Of a stretch of DNA of 64,000 nt, positions 13,042 to 26,555 are shown piece by piece. The stretch is from Podarcis melisellensis (lineage: Eukaryota): NCBI GenBank assembly GCA_964234715.1, contig OZ174282.1. One strand, given 5' to 3'. The notes under the pieces were generated by a model. It was not told where the DNA came from, searched no databases, and worked only from the letters and a program-made list of their open reading frames with translations. A program made the position numbers and the translations under genes. Position 1 is the stretch's first letter; every line of letters starts with the position of its first letter.

Positions 13042-15386
13042 CAAGTCAAGTTCTTTATTACGGTCATAGACCAGCATAAGCAAAACATCTAAATAAGTAG
13101 CATAACAGTATGAATCTAAGTAAATAATTATTAAGTAAATAAGAGCAAGAACCAAACATATACATAGAATACTTAATTAGGCATAGATAATGGGTGAGTA
13201 AAAATTTATAAGAAAAATTAAAAGATCGGTTAACACAGCAATATGGGGTGGGCTTCAGAAGTCCAGGTTTACCAAGTTTACCAAGTTTTGTTGCGGCAAA
13301 AGCCAGCGACACCAAACATCACAAGGTCAAACAAAAAGGAGATCCACAAGAACATCAAGAAGAAGAAGAAAAAAGATTACACAAGGGAACTTCGCTATGT
13401 GCCATTCAACAGCAGAAATCTACGCTTCCTGATTGCTAAAGCGCAAAATTTGGCCACCTCATATGATATTGAGCCCGAGGAATCTTCCAGAAGGTATTTT
13501 CTTAGAATTTCGGGGGAGGATTCCAAATAATGCCGTAGGGGTACGAATTTTGACAAAAGCGGCAAGATGAGTCGAGCTCGCTCTTCACTATAAAATCTGC
13601 AGGACAGAAGGATGTGTGTAACAGATTCTACCCTATCAGACATACAGGGGCAGAGACGTGCATGCATCGGTACCCGCGTGAATTTGCCGTACAGCACTGC
13701 TGAGGGCATTGTCTCAAAGCGGGCTCTGGAGAAAGCCCATCTATAAGCTTCGTTAGTGATGTTAGTTAAATAAGGGGCAGCTGCAAAGTTAGGCCAAGCT
13801 TTTAAACATCTATATGTCTCCGGGAGTAGGGCGTCTTCTTGTTGTAATTCGACATCGTAAAGTCTCTGAGTGATAATTGCCTTTGCCTTGTTCTGAGTTC
13901 CAAGAAAGAGATTTTCAGGGTTTAGGCCAATTTGTTTGATCTTGTTAGTTATTTGCATAAGCCAAGGAGGATAGGGAACTGCGGCCAGGAAGCAAGGTAA
14001 CAGTCCCTTAGGATTGTAATGAATTTTCAGCCAGAGGGATATTGCTTGCTCCCAGACTTTTAATTCCACTCTGGGTAGTCCTGCCTCTTGCCTTAAGACT
14101 GCATTAGGTGTACACTTTGGGGTGGCAAATAGTGATCTTAAGAATTTTGATTGTACTGTTTCAAGGGTCTTAAGGTTGACAGAGGGGCTAATTTGAGTGC
14201 CATATAGGAGTTGGGCTAAAGATTTTGCCTGAAAAACTTTTAGGGCCATCGGTAGAAAGCCAGCTCCTTTCCTTCTGAATAATCTAAGGATGGCATTTGC
14301 ACTTCTTCCTGCTGATATAGCTGATGTGGTCAGGTGTGTTGACAATTTGGCATTGTAAGAGAAAGTAATGCCTAAGTATTGGAAGGTCTTAGTCTGTTCA
14401 ATGGCGTTTCCCTTTACGCTCCAATTATCTTTCCTGAAGGAGCGGTTAAAATGTACAATTTTGGTTTTGGCAAAGTTAATTGTTAACAGTTCAGTGTTAC
14501 ATTGGTCACTAAACTTTCCTAAGGCACGTTTCAGACCCACTTTGGTTTGAGAGAGAAGAACAGCGTCATCCGCATACATTAAAACTGGTACTTTTCTGCC
14601 GTTAGAGAACACGGGGGGGTGGGTTTCGATTTCACGGCAGCATGTGACCAGGGAGTTAACATAGATGTTAAATAAAAATGGGGCTAATAGGCATCCTTGT
14701 CTAACTCCTCTTTGGACTGGGATTTCTCTAGAGAGTCTGCCGTCCTGTGCAAGTCTTATCTGGAGGGTGTTGTTCTCATGAAGCTTAATCATCAGAAGTA
14801 ATAACCTTCTGTTAATACCCATATTGGCCAATTTGGCCCAAAGCCTACCCCTGGATACAGAATCAAATGCTGCCTTTAGGTCCACAAAGGCTGCATACAG
14901 TGACTTTTTCCAATGTTTCACATACTTATAGACAAAATAATCTAACACTAAGCAGTGATCAATAGTGGAACGTCCAGATGTAAACCCTGCTTGTTCAATT
15001 TCTAGTAAATCATTATGATCTAACCATTCACATAATTTTAGGCATAGATGTTTTGTATAAAGTTTGCAGATCACATTCAGAAGACTAATTGGTCTATAAT
15101 TAGATGGGTCAGAGGGGTTACCCTTTTTAAATATAGGCACAATTATAGCCAGTCCCCAATCTTTAGGGATTTCAGTTGTCTTATCTATATATGAAAATAG
15201 ATTTGCAAGAACCGGGGCCCACCAGTTTATTTGCGCTTTCAAAAGTTCAGCAACAATGAAATCACTTCCTGGGGCTTTGCCAGATTTCATTTGTAGAATT
15301 AACGAAGTGATTTCAGTTTCAGATGTTGGGGGCCATGATGTATCATTGTCTAAGGGGATGTTAAGCAGCGCAGAAGGTCGATGTTC
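13042..15386 (-). mobile_element. 5'-truncated non-LTR retrotransposon (RTE-X-like LINE) with uninterrupted RT frame ending at 13395
   Basis: RT motifs YRPISLL, QAGF, DLKAAFDSV, GVRQGC, YADD, YLG; C-terminal CPC...HILLSC zinc knuckle; 3' end GGTC-TAT-GACC hairpin + AATAAA + (A/G)ACTT repeats; exact 15-bp TSD tctaaacacataagc at 13027-13041 and 15387-15401. Confidence 0.92.
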
Positions 15387-15871
15387 TCTAAACACATAAG
15401 CAAGGGAGTCCTGTCTGCAGTTAATGCATAAATGCCAGGGTCCTGTCTACCTTGAAAGCAGATGTAGAAACTCCTGAACATCATTTGTCTGTGGGGCAAG
15501 TTGTGGTAATTCAGTGGCAACCGCAAGGCACTCTGCACATGTTCAAAGGCACTCTCCTCCTTTACCACATGCCCCAGGACCAATATTGGATATTAAAAAC
15601 ACATTCCATCTAGGGCCCAAGTTAAGCACAGAGCACAAGATGATGGGCCCAGCAAATGAGCATCTCTCTCCAGGGTGTGGAGATGGGGAGAAATGGTGCC
15701 CAGTGACCAGAAGAATCAGAGGACCATTAAGACATTCCATTTGTCTGAGAATTCACAGTCTGTTTTAATACACTAATGTTCCAGAAAGGGCAAATAAATT
15801 AATGATTCCTTCTGCTAAAGAGCCTTTTTTGAAGAAATGCGGCACTGTCTTTAAAGCCCTGAGACAGACTT

Positions 15872-15890
15872 TTCTGCCCCCTAGTGGGGG
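15872..15890 (-). promoter_or_regulatory. CTCF-type motif
   Basis: Minus strand CCACTAGGGGGCAG matches core CCRSYAGRKGGCR. Confidence 0.55.
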
Positions 15891-16030
15891 AAATGCAGAG
15901 AAAACAACAGAAGAGCTCACCTCTCTGGTAAGCATTTCTGCTCTAAGAAACGGGGTAGCAAAACACAGAATGGATACTTTAAGATAGGTCATACGGGGTA
16001 TTAAACTATCTTCTGCAACATGTCAGAAGA

Positions 16031-16242
16031 TAGTCAGTGTAGTGCAGTGGTTAGAATGCTGAACTAAGGCCTAGGAGACCAGGGTTCAAATCTCCTCTCA
16101 GCTATGACCTTGGGCCAGTCACTCACTCTCAGCCTAGCCTTCCTCAGAGGGCTGTTGTGAGGATAAAATGGAGATGGGGAGAAGTGTCTATGCCACCTTT
16201 CAGCTCCTTGGAGGAACGCTTGGGTATAAATGAAATAATAAA
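16031..16242 (+). mobile_element. MIR/Ther1-related CORE SINE
   Basis: A-box-like gtagtgcagtgg, B-box gggttcaaatc, CORE tgaccttgggccagtcact..ctctcagcct, ttgtgaggataaaatg, A-rich tail. Confidence 0.8.
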
Positions 16243-18842
16243 TTGAATTGACTGTAGTTTAAGAAAGGTGACCAGCATTCCTGCACAACACACACACAAA
16301 CACACACACACACCCTGCATTGTTGTGTTGAGGGTTTCTGGCATCAGGGCAGATGCTCCCCACCTGCCTTCTCTTTGAGGAATATTATGGCCATGTTACG
16401 AAAGTGTAGGACAATACCTCTTTTTTACTCCGCAACCTCCTTAATTCATACCCAGTTTACTCTGCTCATTCCTGCAAACAAACAAACCCAATATAATCAA
16501 ACAAACTGGGACTACCTCTGATATCAGGAGACCATCCACTGATTCTTAACTGTGGTATGTGATGAAAGTTAAGAGACGTAAAGTAGAGGTTTGGAAATAG
16601 GTTTGTGTGTGTTTAAAATTTGTACTGCGCAATTCTGAAGTCATGGAAAGAAAAATAAATCCACGATTCTGTAATGTAATTTTACAGTCATTACTGAAGT
16701 TTATTGATCTGTCAGTTTAAAGTGCCACAGTATCAGTTCACTACTGTATTGCATTAAACTTTTTTTAAAAAACACACTTTAAATAAAAATCCCATTTTGT
16801 GACTCAGGTATACAAAAGTGCAAGCTTCGGGCCCTCTGATGTGTCAAATGACATAAATCAAAAGTCATAAGGAAAATGTATTCCCCCCACCAGAAAAAGT
16901 GAGCCATAAACAGAACAGTCTAAAGGATAAACTTTCCCCCAAAAAATGCAATGAATTATGTTCAATTCATCTTTCTTTCTGCATCTCCTGCTTTCATACA
17001 TCTGCTGTGCTCATTTAGGATTTTTTAAAAAGATTCCCATTCATATGCTGTCGTACGGCTCTCCCAAAGGACTTTGCAGCATTAATAAAACAGGTAGATG
17101 AACATTCTGCACAAGAGCTACAATGGAATTATTTTAATGTTCAACTGAATCTGAGCAGATTGGAAAATGACATGTACAACACCTTTAAGAGACGTGCCTG
17201 GGAATTAAAACTTACTGTCTTACTGAGGACAAAGAGATGAACAAAACCCTCAGATTCCTGAGGAGTCACTGCAATAGTAATTGCCCTGCTGGTGGTGGTC
17301 AGTGTATTAAGTGAGTTTGAAGTGAATAGGTTACAATTCAAATGCAGTGGCTAAAACACCAGCTTTGCAGCTGGAACACATTCTTTCCTTCTCCCTGGAA
17401 TTTAGCCTTCTGCCTGATGAAGGGTCCTGTGTAACTAGAAGCTTTGCATATTCCCAAATCAGGAAAAAGTGCTCTAATCTGACATACACCCTTCCTGATT
17501 TTGCACTTATCTGTCTTCACAGTCAGCTATCAGTTCAAGCATTATAAGGTAAATTGGGGGTTTGTGAGGGTTGCAATAAAAGGGGCAGTGCTATCTGGAA
17601 CAGCCACCTCTTAAGAAAGCAAACAGCTTATATGTTGTCATTAGTGGCAAGTGCACAACTTGCTTGTGAACAGGTAGATTTATTAATTTAAAATATTTAT
17701 ATCCTGCCTTTCTGCCTGACAACAGGCCTCCCAAACGGTGGATGAATTGAAAATGCTTAACAGCACAATAAGAAGATTCTTTGAAACCGCAGTGGTGACT
17801 TATGAAGACTGAGGAGGTGAGACATAGGAGGCATATAACTTCTGCCCATAGTTTAGATGGATCCAATTTCTACAGGAATACAGAAATAATTCAAGAGGAA
17901 AAGGAAGACAATGAAGATCATGGACATCCTTAAAGTTGGTTTTTCAAGGGACAGAAAGAGCTCTTTTCATGTAACTTATTGTTTTTCTCGTTCACCCTAT
18001 CCTATGGTTTGGAAGAGTTTACAGAAATGTCAGGATATATGTTGGTTAAATGGCTCACTTTTGATCTTGCTGCAGTGATGACTGTCTCTCCCTGGTTGCC
18101 CACTGGGCTTGTAAAGGGTTCTGAGAGCCTGAAACAGCCTCAGGAAGGAGGCCACCAATTCCACTGCCCCCCCCCAAATTTTTTTTACAGATGGGATCTG
18201 TGGTCATAGGACAGCAACTTGTCCAGAACTACCCAGTACTGAATTATCCACACTGGACATTGAAAGCAGAGCACCACCAAACTTCCTTCTCTCGCCCCAC
18301 TTGCCAGCACATATCAAAGTCCCATTACTGCGGAACACCTCTCTCTTCCCAAATGAAACAGCTCCATCAAAGCCCAGCTAGCGGAGAGGCCCTTCTTCAC
18401 CCAGCCAAAAGAATTCCACTTGGGAGCAAAGCAACACCTATTTTGCTTTCACTCGAATATTTCATAGAAGCCGATCTGCAGCAAATCACCTTTCATTATT
18501 GTAAAAATAAAATAAGTAAAATCATAATCAGGAGGAATCCACAGTGATAACATACTCATAAGTATGGTGCAGTCTTTCGAGAACAAACACTGAGGCAATA
18601 AAACAGGAAGGAAAAGCCTCGCAGCAGGAAAGGGCCCTCCCCGCATGGAGGCAGCCGCTCCACCTGCTGTGCAGACAGGGGATTTGTGTATGTGAATTAA
18701 CACTTGTTCTTATTTGTTTTCTCACCTTTTAATACAGCAGCTGTGGGTGTGCCGCTTTATCTCCAGCAAACACTAATAAGCAGCTCTAAAAGGAAAGCTC
18801 ACTTCAAGGACCATGGTGGATAGCCAAAAGGGGGCTGGCTCT

Positions 18843-19070
18843 TTATTTTGCATTTATTTATTTATTTCCCACATTTTTCTCCAAGGAGCTCAAGCTGGTG
18901 GTACATGGTTCTCCCCTCTCCTCATTTAATCCCCACAACGGCCTTGTGAGGTAGGTTAGGGTGAGAAGCAGTGACTGGCCCACAGTTGCCCAGTGACCTT
19001 CATGGCTGAGTGAAGATTTGAACCCTGGTCTCCCGGGTCTTAAGAGATCAGCATTCTGACCACCACTCTG
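18843..19070 (-). mobile_element. MIR/Ther1-related CORE SINE
   Basis: Reverse complement of the 16031-16242 family with (ttat)n tail. Confidence 0.8.
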
Positions 19071-20120
19071 AGCAGGCTCATTCTGGCAGGCAGGAGGCAC
19101 CCGGTTCGGACACAGCCAGAGGGAGGGGGCACAAATTTGATTTGGTTCACATTTGCAGGCCAACCTATCTAGTGTGTCCTGGGAAGCCCCTGGCACACTG
19201 TTTCGCTATGCAAATTTGCCTGCCAGACAATTCTTCCTTTTTGCTTGCCAAATTGGATTCAAAGTGGGCATGAATAGAGCGATCAGCTCAGAGAATCTCC
19301 AGCAAATGTGACTAAAAGCCACACAACTGGGATAAGTACCTGCAAGTTTTAAATTGCTCCCATGACGAATTGTAATTGCTCCCTTTCCAGTTCTGAATGA
19401 CCAAGCTTCTAAAACAAGCCCCTTTTATTTTGGAGGCACTGGGCTTGTTATTGCTGAAAATAGCGTTCAACTTTATAAATTGCTGTAACATTGTTGGCAT
19501 TATATCTTGCTTAATAAGGAAATTTAATTGTCCATGTAATTTGGTAATTTCATAATGACATATTGTCTGTTATGCCAGTCTAGAATGACTTAATTTGCCT
19601 TTATAAAAGTTCTCATCGGCCTCCCTGAATTATTTTTTAAAATTAAAAGTCATAAATATACACATACACTAAACTACTGCTCTTGTTAATGATGAGCTTC
19701 CAAATCACAGGGCCAGTTTACTTCAAAAACTGATTATTATTGACATTATACTGATTATGGTGAAACTGTTCTGCAATTAGAAACCCACCCCCCTCCCCCC
19801 CCAAAAAAAACCTAACACAAATGCAAGCCTGATGAATTTCATGCTGATGTAATTGTCGGACTGAAAAGGATGATAACTCTTTGTGTATTCCAAATTTAGT
19901 TTCTGGAGTCATAATCCAGATTTCAGGCTCCCAAAAATGGAGTCTTTCCTCAAAGGAAAAACATTCAACTACCAGAATTCATGACCAATACACATCTAAT
20001 TTATTTATTTTTAAAAGTTTTTAAGCAATCTCTTGTTCTGATTAATGGCCTTCTGCCCTTAAGCACCATTGCAACATGAGGAAGTGTCTGTGGTGTCAGG
20101 CAGGAAGGCTTTTCTTTTGG

Positions 20121-20260
20121 CAGGGATGAGGAACCTACTGTGGTCCTCCAAAAGTTGTTGGGCTCTTAACTCCCATCATCCCAGCCAGGATGGCCAGTCC
20201 TTGGGGACTATGGGAGTTGGAGTCAAGCAACCTCCGGAGGGCCAGAAGTTTCCCACCCCT
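20121..20260. mobile_element. Non-autonomous hAT-like MITE (related copies ~12330-12452, 28245-28390, 37460-37550, 45385-45520, 54355-54450, 57440-57520)
   Basis: Terminal inverted repeats cagggatgaggaac / gtttcccacccctg and internal palindrome aactcccatcatccc...tatgggagtt. Confidence 0.65.
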
Positions 20261-23200
20261 GTGTAGTATATTAAGACATTTCTGGGCTACCATGACCTAT
20301 ATTTTAAAAAAATCATTTTGGTAACAAGAGCTGGTAAAGCAAAGGGGAAGCCATAATCTCCTGACAAGACTGCCTGCTTTATGTACATGTTGTTGGTTTT
20401 TCTTGAGTCCCAATCTACATAGAAAGTGCCTCCTATGCTCTTTCTCCTCCCCCTTCCAGTTTTGCCCTACCTTTTGATTCACTTTCTCTCCTCTCTTCCC
20501 TCCTGGGCAGTTGCTGTAGCTGCTTAATATCAAAAAGCCTCCATGTGGTGGTTCAGGAGCAGGGCGAGGCCGACTTGCTCCACAGAGATGCTGTTTTATG
20601 TAGTTTAATATAGAGAGTTGTCATGATGGCCCCAAAGAATGACACAAAATCAACAGCACACAAAAGAATAGTGCGCCAAAGCTCATTTAAGAGACACCAA
20701 CTCACCTATGTGGTGCCTCCACATTTGAGGCTGCAATCCAAAACACACTTATTAGGAAGTAAGGCTGCGTACACACAACATTTTATTCCAAAATCAGTGG
20801 AGAGTGAGCACATGTTTGGTTTTTTCCATGTAGTGTACACACCAGCTACACCTGTTGTATATTTATTTGCCCCTGAAAAGCGCTTATGGAGAAACTGGTT
20901 TCATTCCAAAAATAAAAGCTCATTGCAGATTGATTCTGCATTACCCCGCAGTGTGTACACTGGAAAACAGGTTGTAAGCAGTCCTGGCAGTGGGGCAGAG
21001 AGGTGTATCCCTACCTCCCCAATGACGTTGTGGGTGAACGTATACCAATAGTGCAATCACCACTTCCTTCTTCATGCAGCTGCAGAGAAGAAAAGGCATA
21101 GCTTAACTACCCAATGGGGCGGTTTTCAAATGGGTTTCAAGCAACCAGGCCCATCCCTGTGGATGCCAGGTTCTAAAAACAATCTACACTGAAAACACCA
21201 TGTTGAGGACAAGCACGAACAATTCTGGATTTTTAAAAAACTAAATTTTTGTGCTACAAATGGCTCGATGTATATGCAGCCATAGTCTCACTGAATGCAA
21301 CAGAGCTTACTTCTGAGTAAATGTGGTTAGGATTGCATTGTAAATTTACAGTGCTTTCCATAAAACACTCCCTACCATCTCTAGGTCATCAACCATGGGT
21401 ACACATACACTATTGCGATAAGGATATCCATCCATCCCAAATGCAGGAAGAACCACCTCCAACCTTCCTCCTGGGCAGCACAATGAAGTCCCCACCCTCA
21501 TTTTCATTCCTGATCCCTCTTTAGTGGGAGCTCTGTATGTTGCCTTGCTGCAGACAAGGCAATTAAGGATCACGTCAATGATAACAGACACACAATATCA
21601 GGAAGATTCAGTTGTGCAATTAAAAACATAAGCAATGTGTATAAGCTACAGAGAGAAAAGGAATCCATATTCTCATTCAGAAGCAAAATTTGAATAATTA
21701 CTTGGGAGATACAACGATGTCCTTTCCACCAGCGCGTGTCCAAGTCAAGACTACAATGCCTGACATCAAGAACCCAACAGCATCAACTATCACCTCATAT
21801 GCCTGAAAAACACGGACATACTGCAGATATTTTAATTTTCTGTAGGATTTTTTTATATGGCTGTGGCTGCCAGTTATATATTTGTGCTTGTTTATTGAAT
21901 TTTAGTGCTGTATTTGATTGCACTGCATTGTTTTGATATTTTTACCCATTTATTCAAATTGTTTGCATGTCACCCAAAGAGGTTTTGGGGTGCCTAATAA
22001 ACAAAGGAACAAAAAAGCAGAATAATTTTGGCATACATTTTCCCCAGTGAATTAAAATCCTGAAAAGCTTAGTGCAGACACTTTTCTACAATTGCGAAGT
22101 TTGTGGTTCACACTATGAATCATAAGATGTATACAGTGTTTAGAGTACATCATGAGTTGTGTATGTCTTCTCTGCATGCAGCAACTGAGCCAAGATTCAC
22201 CCATCGCACTTTGCATCACATTTCCTTCCACATTCCAGGGGCATTAAGATACACAGAGCAGCCACCTGACGTTAGACAAAAAGGGATGAAATGTCTGGAT
22301 GATGCAGTGTTAATATAATCTACAGATGACCTTACTGAGCTTCCCTGCCTGTCATAAATTTGAATTAATTGTATCATTTTATTTAAGTTCCCAACTTGCT
22401 GTGGTGTATTAGCATATAAAAATTAACTCTGCGGGCTGTAATCAGTTCACCTTAATAAACCAACTTACCAGGACAAATGTGATAAAATTATAGTACCCCC
22501 TCATGGTGTTACCTTCATACCCCAATAGGACATTGCCTAATATTAAAATCTTCTTCCACCAAGCTTGGTGGATAGCTAATTAACCTTTTCTAAAATCCAA
22601 TAAGAGCAAGAGGAAACTAAACGGAATAGCATCAAAGTCTGAAAACAGATGAGGAGGAAATTTCTCCACAAACTGAAGAAGAAATCTCCAAGAGAATCCA
22701 TATGCATTTATATATCAGCAAACTTGGCAAATATTTGTGCATGAAGGAGTGGAAAGGGCAGATCAAGGTTTGATATTCGTAGACAGGAAATCAGCAACCA
22801 AACAATGGCAAGTAGTATTCCCCTTTGGCCAGCCCAGGCTCTCTCCTTCCTCCTTCTTACTGGATCCTCTTTTTACTTTTCTGCACATAAATCCAACACC
22901 AAAATTGGCTCCCACATCCCGCATGTTCATGGCAGGCAAAATTATTGATCATGGGCAATTAGATGATGAGGGGACAAAGAGGACTTGGGGCTCACTCTAG
23001 GAAACTGAGTCAATGGTGCCACCCATTTATTCATGCTACCTAGGACCTCAGGGACACTTATGGGCAAATTCATGCTCGGCTACAACTTTACTGTGTAGCA
23101 TTCAAGCCAGTTACAAGTGGATACATGAGGCTCTGAAGAGGATTATTTAGGTGATCAGGGTCAATGCAGGGGTGAGGCATTTGTAATGTGGAATGGGCAT

Positions 23201-26200
23201 TCTGGACAATGCATGAATGGGGCGGGGGGCAATTTGCACTAGAATTCTCACTAAAGCCAGAAGTGATTAAAAAATTCATGTGTGAAAACACCCTCAGTCT
23301 CATTGACCCCTCTGAAAATGGAATTAATGAGCTTCAGAAAGATTATTACCCACACTGTGGAGAAATCAGACATTGCCTGTACATTTTACTATAGTTTGAT
23401 ATTCCAATTAAAAATTGTCATAGGGTTAACATGAGGATAGGAATGTATAAATACATTTCAAATGAAATACGAGCCTTGGATCTGCATGTCTACTACGTGC
23501 TAATTCCTACCACAAACACACACTTTCCTATATAATCGGGTATAAAAATGTCATAATTTATTTCTCTGGTCAATTTAAATCTTCCTTTCCTATTCTTAGC
23601 AACTGTCTGAAATTGCCCAGGAATTGTGAAGCAGATGTGAGTGTTATTCCCTCAGCGGCATATGAGAGTGGCAGTCCTGTGGCCAGGTATGACGTGGGCA
23701 TGCCTGGAAGCTTGTAGCTAAATTTAGTTGAAAAACAAATTGTGATTTGTCTTCTCAAGGATCTTTATTTAAATACAGACAACTTTTGAAAAGGCAGCTG
23801 CCAGGAAGCCAGAGAACTACCTAGGAAAAATTTCATCCTCCTCCTCTTAAAAAAAATAAAAAAATCACAGTTCACAGTGACAATATAATAAATGAGCCTT
23901 CACTGACCAGAAAGTACACACCTATTTCAAACAGTACATTTTGTCTTTCATTCTATGCTTTCAGTCATGAGTTTCATTTTGCTTTCTCTCCTTTTCTCTT
24001 CTTAATGTCTCTTAAGCTAAACAGTTCAAATTTTCAATTGCATTATAAAATAAAGGCTCAGAAATGCATATTTGGTGTGATTTTTCAGCTGTGGTTAGCA
24101 AAAGTAGCTGGGCACAGTGTTTTCTGTTCTATTAATAATTTTTCATTCTTGTAAAAGAAAACAAGGTAAAATGATGGCAACCATCTGCTTTCTCAATTCT
24201 TGTTTGGAGTTCTGTTGGCTACCTCTGTATTCTCTCATACATGACTAATAGGAAAGATACAAGACTAATAGGAAACATAACTGCAACTTCACTTATGGTT
24301 GGCTTCAGTTAACAGATGGTCTTTAAACGATCCAACATAAAAGCACACATTTTTATAAAAACTGACCCCCAAACTGCTTCATAAAGTAAAGGGTTTTTTG
24401 TTTTTTTTAGATCTTTAAAAACTTTAAAGAAGTTGCAGTATAAAAGAGGCCCTAGAGTACAAAGAACACTTATAATTTCCAACTTAAAATATCAGAGACA
24501 AAAGATTTAACAATACGATAAGTATCAGAAATAACACACAATTCCCTTTGCAGCTATATAAAAAGAGGCTGGTCGGCTGGTAAAAATCTTTCCTACTCAT
24601 ATTTTAAGTATGGCCATAAAATTACAGCAAACAGGTCTGAAAAAAATCTCTCTGCCATGGCTGATATACCCATGATGGACTAGCGAAGGCCAACATCTTC
24701 CATATGCTGGTTAAGAGCTGGTTAAGAGGTGTGCCTAAGGCTAGCACTACAGCTGCCTCCTTTGGGGGAAATCGGGAGTGATGGTTCAGCCTTCTCTAGC
24801 AAAGGACAGTCCTCTAACCACTTTCCCCCAAGCATCCCAACTGGCTTTAGCAGCAAGTTGCCGCCAGAGAAAATTGTCTGAGGTTCCCTATGTAGCACCA
24901 ATTTCTTTCTAAAACAGCCCCTATATCTTACCAAACGTTTCAACGTTTGTTCAGTGCAATGATAATCACCCAGTGTATCCTCCTCGGGTCAGAGGAAGGC
25001 AACCAATGCAAGCATCACAACACAACCCACCAAAAGAAATATTAATTTCCTATATACACTCATAGGGTCTGAATTAAGCAGTGAGGAACTACAAACAAGA
25101 TCTTGGAGTCATAGGGAATAGATCATGCTGGATTGTGGCAAACATACCATGCAACTGTCATATTTCGAGTGGGACATCACGGATTTAAAGCAGGCATCCC
25201 AGTCTCTGATTGGATCCCAGAATGTCCCAGGATCCACACGTCCTTCCTTGGGCGGCCACTGCACAGGAGAACCACTTTCCCCTTCTCAGTCTCTTAATAA
25301 ATTAAGCAGGGAAAGAAAATGGCTGTGGTGGCTGCAGGGAGAAATCTGGCTCTCCACCAGTCAGAGCACCTGGCAGTGATGTGATGGCAGAGCATGATGG
25401 CGTAGCAAGGAAGGGAGGACAGTTCTACGCTTTGCCTTGCCCAGCCCTGCTGGAGTGCACAGTGTGTGTGGCCCTGGGGGACCATGAGCCCAGCAGGAAG
25501 GTGGCTGGAGTGTGTGGAAAGGAATGAAATACGGCAGTCAGGGCGTGAGTAGCAGAAGGTGAAAAGGCTCTGGGTGCTCTCTGGCAGCGGCAGCTGCTCA
25601 ACAGTGACTCTTTTCCTCCCTCTCATGCCAGAGCTCAAAGGAGGAGAGATGCGGTGTAGGGCTAATGCTACCACGCCTTCTCTGCATTGCTGCTGCCCCT
25701 GGCTCAGAGTGAAGCTGCAGTGTACCGGAGCCCAGAGGAAAAGAGGAACGCCACCACCACTGGTCCTTCTCTACACTGCTTCTCGGAGGTGCCCGTGTCC
25801 CTAATCCCAGCTTTAAAAGGTTGGAAAGTATGGTCAAAATCACCCACCTGCCCTGAGCCTTAAAAGCAAATTGGAAGACATTTCCAAGCTGATTGTTCTT
25901 CCATCCAATTCATCCTCTTGCTGTGAGCAAACCAACCCACTTTGCTAACTGGTCCATTGTACTCTGTCATTTCCCCAGCCCTCATTTTAAAAACACAAAC
26001 CTCACAAACATGATGCTAGTTAACTTGTGTAAATCAAGTCGCCCATCATCTAATCTAGAAGTCATTTGCCTTGAAATTTAACTTCTCCCATTTTTGTAAG
26101 ACATGTAAATTGTTCTTTTTGACAAAGCTAGGCCAAGTCAAGTGCATTTCAAAAAATATCCTGAAGAAGGAAATTACTTTAGGAAATACATTTGCAGAAA

Positions 26201-26478
26201 ACTAGAGAATCTTTGTGATGTACTAGAATGACTAATATGAAGACAAAGTTGAACAGTACTCATTGTTTTCTTTCTTCCAACAGTCATAGTGTAATTCAGT
26301 TTTGTTGCAAATAAACCCAGGTACATTTTTAAAGGCTTATTTTATTTTCTGATTAGCTTAAGCCTTGACTATTTAACTATGGCTCAATTATGTTAATCAA
26401 TGAACAGTTGCACTGGTATTGTTCTTTCATGTACAAAGCAAGCCCCAACTGGGCTGTCTATTTTTTGCAACAAATTAA

Positions 26479-26480
<2 letters not shown>

Positions 26481-26555
<75 letters not shown>
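26481..26555. repeat. (CT)n microsatellite
   Basis: Direct reading. Confidence 0.95.

Noticed and set aside
13395-15395. 666-aa ORF as a domesticated host gene
   Set aside because: The called start is a GTG inside the TSD, the endonuclease is missing and TSDs are perfect, so it is a recent truncated LINE
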